A stretch of DNA of 64,000 nucleotides. Source: Polyangiaceae bacterium (GTDB lineage Bacteria; Myxococcota_A; Polyangia; Polyangiales; Polyangiaceae). The stretch lies in assembly GCA_965222375.1 (NCBI GenBank), contig CBDCTZ010000005.1, positions 574,821 to 638,820 of the forward strand, written 5' to 3'. Below, in pieces: positions 58,036 through 64,000 of this stretch. The notes under the pieces are model-generated. The model was not told the DNA's origin and did no database searches. It saw only the letters and a list, made by a program, of their open reading frames with translations. The translations under genes and the position numbers were made by a program. How positions within the stretch are numbered: the stretch's first letter is position 1; each line of letters starts with the position of its first letter.

Positions 58036-59190
58036 CTACTCGCTGTCCTCGCGTCGCAAATCAGCGGCTAAGGGCGAGGAGCGTTTCTCTGCCGTCGCCG
58101 TCAGCGGCGCCTTTGGTGACCGTGATGCGCCCGACTCGCCGATGGCCGTCTCCAGCGAGTGCTTCGCGTCTTGCTCACGCTCGCCCGTCGTCTTTGCGAG
58201 CCGCTCCAGCTTCGCTCCCGGATGCGTCGCTTCGTGGATCGCTTTGAGTTTGCGGATGCTCACTCGCGTGTACACCTGCGTCGAGTCCAGGTGCACGTGG
58301 CCCAGCATTTCCTGGATGTAACGCACGTCGGCGCCCCCCTCGAGCATCAGCGTCGCCATCGTGTGCCGAAAAATGTGACATGCCCCGCTCTTGCCAATGT
58401 CCGCGTCCTTCACGTACCGGCGCACGGCCTGCGTCAGCCAGTCCGGGGTGATCTGCTCGCCCAGCGTCGTCAAAAAGAGCGCTCCGGGATCGGGCGGCAT
58501 CATGAGTTCGGGGCGCACGTCCCGCACGTAACGCGCCGCCCAGGCCAGCGCTCGCTCGCCCACCGGCACCATCCGGTCTTTTCGACCCTTGCCCTCCCGC
58601 ACCATGATCGTGCCGCGCTCCACGTCGACGTCGCTCAGCCGCAAGCTCACCACTTCGCTGCGACGCACTCCGGTTGAGTACAGGACCTCCAGGATGGCCC
58701 GGTCACGCACGCCCACTGCCGTCCGCGTGTCCGGCTGCGCCATGACGCGCTCGACCTCCGAGACGGTCAGCACGTCCCGGGGTAAACGCATCGGCAATCG
58801 CGGTAGCTCGAGCTCGCTGGCGGGGTTGGCAGACAGCGCGTTCTGTTTCACCAGCCAGCGGAAGAAGCCCCGCACTGCACTTAGCCGCACATGCTGCGAC
58901 CGAAACGACAGCTGCGGCCGACCGTCAGGCCGCCGCAGGTGGTACAGATGCCGCTGGTAGCGCTCCAGGATCGGCTTCGTCAGCTCTGACGGCCTGGTCA
59001 GGCTCCGTGCGCTGCACCACACCACGAAGAGCGACAGGCTCGATTCCGCGTTCGTCACGGTGCGTGGCGAGTAGTTGCGCACCGCGAGCCACTCCAGGTA
59101 ACGCCGCACCCACACGCCAAAACCGTCGGGATCATCGAGGTTGCCGATCACTCGCGGCGGCTTCGGTCCCTTGCGCTGCTTGGGCGGCAT
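58036..59190 (-). CDS. XerC/D-like tyrosine recombinase (unit B)
   Basis: GVRRSE, REGKG, HIFRH, LGH, TQVYT; TGATG overlap with the primase stop. Confidence 0.95.
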   Translation of the reverse strand: MPPKQRKGPKPPRVIGNLDDPDGFGVWVRRYLEWLAVRNYSPRTVTNAESSLSLFVVWCSARSLTRPSELTKPILERYQRHLYHLRRPDGRPQLSFRSQHVRLSAVRGFFRWLVKQNALSANPASELELPRLPMRLPRDVLTVSEVERVMAQPDTRTAVGVRDRAILEVLYSTGVRRSEVVSLRLSDVDVERGTIMVREGKGRKDRMVPVGERALAWAARYVRDVRPELMMPPDPGALFLTTLGEQITPDWLTQAVRRYVKDADIGKSGACHIFRHTMATLMLEGGADVRYIQEMLGHVHLDSTQVYTRVSIRKLKAIHEATHPGAKLERLAKTTGEREQDAKHSLETAIGESGASRSPKAPLTATAEKRSSPLAADLRREDSE

Positions 59191-62100
59191 CAGCTCACGT
59201 CCACTCGACGAGCCGCTACGACACCTCTCACGTACGACGGCGAAGAAATTCCGTTCCCGCGACGCGTGTTTTCGTCGCTGCCGTGCTTTCGATCACGATT
59301 CGAGGAGCTTTCCTGCTGCGACGCGGCCATTTCATGGCCCCGACCACCCCCCGACTGCCCCCCGACCGAGGGCCGACCACCCCCCGCGAAGTTGGGGTCT
59401 GACCCCCGCGAAGTTGCCTCGCACCCCCGCGAAGTTGAAATCGTAGATGATGCATCGAGCTGTTCTGCGTCCGCCAAACCCGCCAGAGATGTGCCTGCAC
59501 CGTCCTCTCTGCTCCAGCACAGCTCGTACACGTAGCTTTGGCCCTGGCGACCGCGGTGCACCAGCACGTACTCCAGCTCCGCCAGTCGCCCCAGGTGCAC
59601 CTTCAGCTGCGTGTCGCCCCAGCCGCTGTGCTCCCGCAGCTCTCGGCGGCTAAATCGATAGTCGCACCGATCTAGGCCCAGACGCTTCGTCTCTGCCGTC
59701 ACCAGCGCGTCCATCAGCCCCAAGAGGCGCCGGGTTTGCGGTGGCAGCTCGTCGAGGCTTCGGCCCAGCACCTCGCGAGTGAGGCGGTTCGCCAAGACGA
59801 TGTCTTCCTTCGTCACCTCCACGTACCGAAGCTTGTTTCCCCGGTGCTCCACCTCGTGGACCGGACGCTGGTACTGGTGCAGCAGCGCGATTGCGTCGAT
59901 CAGACCCAGGTACTTCGTGTGATCTCGCCGCATTCGCGTGCGGTGATCGGGAAACGTCAGCTGCTCCGCAAAGGGATTCACCACCGAAAGCGGCCTGAGC
60001 AAGCGTTGGGCGTTCTGGTGCAGCGCCGTCAAGCGACGACGCTCCTGACGGCTCACCACGCCGCCCAGAGTCCGGGCCTGGCGCTGTCGCTCGTGGATCG
60101 CTCGCGTTTGCTCTCGCCCCTCGTCCACCGTCAGCACGATGCAGCGGTTCAAGAGCTCTTCGTCCACCTCGATCGCCGTCGTCGTCAGGAAGATCATCAC
60201 CGGCCCCTGCACTCGGTACTCCTGCGTCACCAGCCGTCCCGTCGCTGGATCTTTGCCCGTGCTCGCGATGGTCAGTTCGCCTTCGCTTTGAAGCAGCTTC
60301 AGCGCGTAGCTCGCGCGCTCGGCGCCCTCTTCCTCGACGATGGCTAAGATCTTGTGCGAGAGATCGCTCTCGCCCATGTAAAACAGGCTCTGCCCCGTCA
60401 TCGCGGAATACTGCACCCGCTCTTCCAGAGGCATTAGCGAGAGCACCGCGTCCATCAACGACGACTTGCCTGCCGCGCTCGAGCTTTGGATGATCACCGC
60501 CAGCGGCTCGTCCAGCTTGCGGCTCGTTGCCGCCAGGTAGCCGACCAGTTTGTTCGTTTCTTCGCCCACCACGCCCATCCGCCGGAAGTCTTCCAAGATC
60601 TGCTCGCACAGCCCCGGCGAGCGCAGCAGCCTCAGCGCCGCACTCCGATCGGCATCGCTGAGCTTCGCGCGCTGTTGCTTCTGCTGCGCGGCGAGCTTCT
60701 CCGCCTCCTGCCGCTCTTCGAGCGCCAGCAGCACCTGGCCAAGCTCATGCTTCACCACACGCTCTTCCAGCCTCAGCTCTTCGGCCGCCAGCTTCACGTA
60801 CACCGCTCGCTGCCGCGCTGCGTACAGCTCCAGGGTGTCCACGTGAAATCCCCCGCCGTCTCGGGCCACGAGGAGATTCACCCGCAGCTGCTCGGGGCCA
60901 GCGTTCTTGTCCAGGCCCCGCACCCGCCAGCGGCGATCTCCAAACCGGAAAACCAAGTCATCACCCTCGTTCTCGGCCTCCAACGTCTTCGCTTCGGGTG
61001 TGGGCGGCGTGGATGCGTTCGCAGGCGCTGGGTCGGACCGCAGCGCTTCCGTCAGCGGCTCGGCGGCTAAGGAGGGATGAGGTGCGGCATCTGGCTGCGA
61101 CGTGGCGTGCGGCTCGGGTGTCTCGGTCGCCTGCTCGATGTCGGATTCGGCCTCGCTGTGTGTGTCGATGGCAGCTGCAACACTTCGCTCCTTACCCTTG
61201 TGCATCCACTGCGCTTGCCGCAACGCCAAGCCCAAGCTCTGCGACGCCGGCGCCACTTTCAGCGCGTAGGAGTTCGCGTCCATCCCCTTCGGAAACAACA
61301 CCCGCGCGCTGCCCACTCCAACCTCCGCCAGCTCGCGCGAGACTTTGTCCGCTGCTCGGTCCCCCGCCTCGTCGCGATCGTAAGCAATCAGCACGCGCTC
61401 TACGTGCTCTGCCGACAGCGCGCTGCGCAGCTCGTCAGTGAAGCCCTCGACTCCGTAGGCCGTGGTCACGTTGCGGAAGCCCGCGCACCAAAACGTGAGT
61501 GCGTCGATCAGGCTCTCGCACAAGATCACTTCTCGGGCCCCTTCGATGCCCGACAAGTTCCAAACGCCGCGATGCGGACCGGGCAAATACAAGTGTCGTG
61601 GCGTCCCCTTGCGCAGGCTCGAGCTGATCTTCCGCCCGTACATGCCTACCGCTTGGCCCGATGCGTCGAAGATCGGGATCACCAACGAGCCATTCAAGTG
61701 CTCATGGCCGCTCTCGCGGAAGATCCCGATCCGCTCCAGTGCTGCGCGTAGCTCTGCTCCCGTCCGTTGGTTGCGGGACGGCAACCGGTAGGACAGGGTG
61801 CGGTTCGCGAAGCCGAGGCGGAAATGCTCGATGGCTTCGTCATTCCGGAGCCCGCGCTTTTCCAGGTAGGCCAGCGCCTCCGGGCTCTCCAAGAGCGTCT
61901 GCTGGTAGTACGCCACCACTTCCGCCATCAGCTCGCTGTCCGACACCGTCGTGTCCACGACCGGCGGCAGCTTCGGCAGCAGCGTCTTCTTCGCCGGACG
62001 CCGTTTCGTCGGCTCTGCGGCTAAGGATGGAAGGTCTTTGCGCAGGACCTCCACCGCGTGCCGAAAGCTCAGCCCCTCGGCTTTCATCACCCAATCGATC

Positions 62101-62312
62101 ACCGTCCCGCCCGCCTGGCACGCACCCAGGCAGTGCCAGAGGTTCCGCTCGGGCGTAATCACCAAGCTCGGCTCTCGGTCATCGTGAAACGGGCACAGCC
62201 CGATCAAGTCCGAGCCGTGCTTTTTCAGCTTGATGCCCTTCGCCTCAGCCAGGCGCTGAAGCGAAATCTGGGCCTTCAATCGCTCGATTTCTTCTTCGGG
62301 GATTCGGGCCAT
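59190..62312 (-). CDS. CHC2/TOPRIM primase-helicase (unit B)
   Basis: Paralogue of 50520-53564 with the same zinc-finger, TOPRIM and Walker motifs; ATG 62312 follows GGGAGA. Confidence 0.92.
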   Translation of the reverse strand: MARIPEEEIERLKAQISLQRLAEAKGIKLKKHGSDLIGLCPFHDDREPSLVITPERNLWHCLGACQAGGTVIDWVMKAEGLSFRHAVEVLRKDLPSLAAEPTKRRPAKKTLLPKLPPVVDTTVSDSELMAEVVAYYQQTLLESPEALAYLEKRGLRNDEAIEHFRLGFANRTLSYRLPSRNQRTGAELRAALERIGIFRESGHEHLNGSLVIPIFDASGQAVGMYGRKISSSLRKGTPRHLYLPGPHRGVWNLSGIEGAREVILCESLIDALTFWCAGFRNVTTAYGVEGFTDELRSALSAEHVERVLIAYDRDEAGDRAADKVSRELAEVGVGSARVLFPKGMDANSYALKVAPASQSLGLALRQAQWMHKGKERSVAAAIDTHSEAESDIEQATETPEPHATSQPDAAPHPSLAAEPLTEALRSDPAPANASTPPTPEAKTLEAENEGDDLVFRFGDRRWRVRGLDKNAGPEQLRVNLLVARDGGGFHVDTLELYAARQRAVYVKLAAEELRLEERVVKHELGQVLLALEERQEAEKLAAQQKQQRAKLSDADRSAALRLLRSPGLCEQILEDFRRMGVVGEETNKLVGYLAATSRKLDEPLAVIIQSSSAAGKSSLMDAVLSLMPLEERVQYSAMTGQSLFYMGESDLSHKILAIVEEEGAERASYALKLLQSEGELTIASTGKDPATGRLVTQEYRVQGPVMIFLTTTAIEVDEELLNRCIVLTVDEGREQTRAIHERQRQARTLGGVVSRQERRRLTALHQNAQRLLRPLSVVNPFAEQLTFPDHRTRMRRDHTKYLGLIDAIALLHQYQRPVHEVEHRGNKLRYVEVTKEDIVLANRLTREVLGRSLDELPPQTRRLLGLMDALVTAETKRLGLDRCDYRFSRRELREHSGWGDTQLKVHLGRLAELEYVLVHRGRQGQSYVYELCWSREDGAGTSLAGLADAEQLDASSTISTSRGCEATSRGSDPNFAGGGRPSVGGQSGGGRGHEMAASQQESSSNRDRKHGSDENTRRGNGISSPSYVRGVVAARRVDVS
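59340..59437. repeat. Helically phased iteron-like repeats (unit B)
   Basis: CCGAC(C/T) at 59340, 59351, 59362, 59373; CCGCGAAGTTG at 59384, 59406, 59427. Confidence 0.82.
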
Positions 62313-62353
62313 CAAACAATCTCCCAAAAATCGCTACACATGAGACGCACGCA

Positions 62354-62385
62354 AACTTGACAAGAAGTGCATACTTTGTCAAGTT
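62354..62385. promoter_or_regulatory. Putative XRE operator / divergent promoter (unit B)
   Basis: AACTTGACAA-N12-TTGTCAAGTT inverted repeat; each arm contains TTGACA. Confidence 0.62.
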
Positions 62386-62461
62386 CCTAGACACGTCACG
62401 CATGACTTCAACCCCAGATGCCCCGGTTCTGTGGCTACGATGTCCCCACAAGGGGCTCGCT

Positions 62462-62815
62462 GTGTCACTAGGTAACCGCATCAAAGACCTCCGGAAGGAA
62501 AAGTGCTGGTCGCAAGATGAGTTCGCGGCCAATGCCAAGATCGATGGCCGCCAGGTCAGTCGTTACGAAAACGACCGTGTCGTCCCCTCCATCGAGGTGG
62601 TCATCAAGATCGCTACCGCCTTCGACGTCTCTCTCGACTATTTGCTGCTCGACGACGCTCCGAGGCGAGCACTTGCCGCACCCACAAGCCGCCTCGTTGA
62701 TCGCATCCGTGAGCTCGGCGAGCTCTCCGAAGATGACGAAAAGAGCCTCCTGCATCTCCTCGATGCAATCGAAGCCAAGAACAAGTTGAAGCAGCTCGCC
62801 GCCAAGGTTGGCTGA
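62462..62815 (+). CDS. XRE-family HTH repressor (unit B)
   Basis: LGNRIKDLRKEK.WSQ.EFA....I....VSRYE....PS......IA.AF.VSLDYL; GTG start after AAGGGG. Confidence 0.9.
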   Translation: MSLGNRIKDLRKEKCWSQDEFAANAKIDGRQVSRYENDRVVPSIEVVIKIATAFDVSLDYLLLDDAPRRALAAPTSRLVDRIRELGELSEDDEKSLLHLLDAIEAKNKLKQLAAKVG

Positions 62816-62940
62816 TGAGCTGTTGAAACTCGCGCACCGGTCGTAGTTCCGGCGGAAGGGTGCTGAAGTTTCTTTCGATGAGGTTGCCAGATGAGCCAAA
62901 AAGCTCGCTGAGCACACGCTGCACGTCCAGTGCGCGCCAC

Positions 62941-63162
62941 CATCCACGTCACTGGCTGGCTAATGCGGCCGTTGGGCCAGACGGCGCCGGGAGAGTCCAT
63001 GCTCGGATCGAGTTCGGGGTGAGCGGCCTACTCCGTCGATGTTTGGCCCTGCGCCGCAGGCCAACGAAGCATTAGCCAGTCTCAATCTGTCGACACCAAA
63101 GTGCGCTTGCGCGCTCCACGGCTCGCCCCGCGCCGGACTCATGAGCGTCCGCCGCGGGGCTT
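62941..63162. repeat. Conserved structured non-coding block NC3 (copy B)
   Basis: Matches 54857-55078. Confidence 0.9.
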
Positions 63163-63198
63163 GGGAGAAGCTTGCTGCTGCGGCTGTGCGCGCCTCGC

Positions 63199-63645
63199 CT
63201 AACTTGCGGCAAAGGCCGCATCAACCTCGCTGTCAGCCGGCGGTTCTCCCGTGCGCAGTGTCGAGCGAATCAAGGGAATTAGGGCGCCGCACACACCATC
63301 CAGTTGGGCCATTACGTTCACAATGTGTCTGGCAGACTGGTTTCCAGGGTACACGTCGCTTACCACGACGAGCCCACTGTCATCGTCGACTGCGAAACGA
63401 CAGCCCAAATATCGCCCCTGCAGGCCGAGCAGAAACTGATACAGAACAACCAGTCCAGTCGATGACTCAAGCTCTTCAAGCTCGACAACCCCACTGGCTA
63501 TTTGAATCCACTCATCCGACTGCAGCACCATGAAGGTGCTCGCAGAGTCGTGCAGCGTGACAAAGAGACCATCCTCCGTGCTTTCCACATCACAGTCCAG
63601 AGCACGCAGTTCCGCTATGAGTTTCGATTGTTCCGTGGGCTTCAC
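63199..63645 (-). CDS. Putative immunity protein, YbjN/CesT-chaperone-like pattern
   Basis: GTGA overlap with the toxin stop; LYQFLL.L.......RFAVDDD..LVV..D pattern. Confidence 0.6.
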   Translation of the reverse strand: MKPTEQSKLIAELRALDCDVESTEDGLFVTLHDSASTFMVLQSDEWIQIASGVVELEELESSTGLVVLYQFLLGLQGRYLGCRFAVDDDSGLVVVSDVYPGNQSARHIVNVMAQLDGVCGALIPLIRSTLRTGEPPADSEVDAAFAAS

Positions 63646-64000
63646 TCCTCTCTCTCCCAATAGTGTCCTTTCCCGCGCCCTCGCTCCGGGTGCGTATGCG
63701 GCGGGCCGCCTTGATGTCCATCATCGCGGCGACCACGCATCTTCTTCCTCTGCGTCTTTGACCCCAGAACGCCTCCGTATCGGCCACCTCGAGAAGCTAC
63801 CTTTGCTGCATCTGACTTCTTGATCGGTTTGTTGCTCACGGCCTTTGGCGGACCAGGCCGGCCAGGTCTGACTCTCGCGACGCGGGCTTTTCCAGCACCT
63901 TTGCCAGTACCCGGCACGGTTCGGCCCCTTGGCCCCGAGAACATGGCGTGCTCCGGCACGGTCGCGAGCTGCGCCCGTCCATACTTGGCACCGGGGACTA
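63642..64000 (-). CDS. C-terminal tip of a probable third polymorphic toxin (5' part outside the window)
   Basis: Frame is open to the window edge; very basic; ends GHQGGPPHTH...GHYW; same position relative to immunity gene and NC3 as the Rhs tip at 55518. Confidence 0.6.
   Translation of the reverse strand, partial: VPGAKYGRAQLATVPEHAMFSGPRGRTVPGTGKGAGKARVARVRPGRPGPPKAVSNKPIKKSDAAKVASRGGRYGGVLGSKTQRKKMRGRRDDGHQGGPPHTHPERGRGKGHYWEREE

Larger units (their letters stand above)
56560..64000 (-). mobile_element. Unit B of the tandem primase-helicase/Xer-recombinase element (continues beyond the window)
   Basis: Same backbone and NC1-NC3 blocks as unit A, with different repressor, cargo and toxin. 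Confidence 0.75.

Noticed and set aside
59340..59437. CRISPR array
   Set aside because: Repeats are 6-14 bp with 5-10 bp gaps inside a CDS, and no cas genes are present. No CRISPR array was seen anywhere in the window.
48293..64000. Prophage, or assembly-duplication artefact
   Set aside because: There are no capsid, terminase, tail or lysis genes, and the two units differ throughout in sequence, repressor and cargo.
46532..64000. Integron cassette array
   Set aside because: No attC-type GTTRRRY boundaries were identified, and each unit has its own Xer-like recombinase without an evident IntI-specific insertion.

Overview
GC-rich bacterial DNA. A myxobacterium (Myxococcota, Polyangiales-like) is inferred from DUF2378, Gly/Ser-rich lipoproteins and FGE-type proteins; I ran no database search. 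Bases 1-32 kb are mostly ordinary genes: partial aceE; an apparently coupled FAD-oxidoreductase/DUF1365/cfa plus beta-helix/di-heme cytochrome operon; an ECF sigma/ChrR-cupin pair with two matching CGATCC-N16-CGTA promoters; DUF4331 genes; yhaN/yhaO; PPi-type pfk; msrA; a cysteine desulfurase; and an unusual LtrA-KirBac channel fusion. Bases 32-46 kb are accessory: a sensor kinase split by a 2040-bp IS66 with clear TIRs and an 8-bp TSD, further kinases, a ThDP enzyme/citrate-synthase-like pair and a decayed DDE+ATPase transposon. The main result is at 46.5-64 kb, a tandem array of ~8.3-kb elements. Each encodes a CHC2/TOPRIM primase-helicase, a XerC/D-like tyrosine recombinase and a divergent XRE repressor, and the units alternate with different Rhs toxin tips and their immunity genes. 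Each unit has three conserved structured non-coding blocks, one holding palindromes made of dif-like Xer arms with compensatory base changes. Each also has 11-bp-phased iteron-like repeats inside the primase gene, a recurring TTAGCCGC motif, and variable toxin-antitoxin/defence cargo. The layout suggests a self-replicating mobile element that delivers new toxin tips into an Rhs gene; that model is an inference. Family assignments come from motif recognition only.
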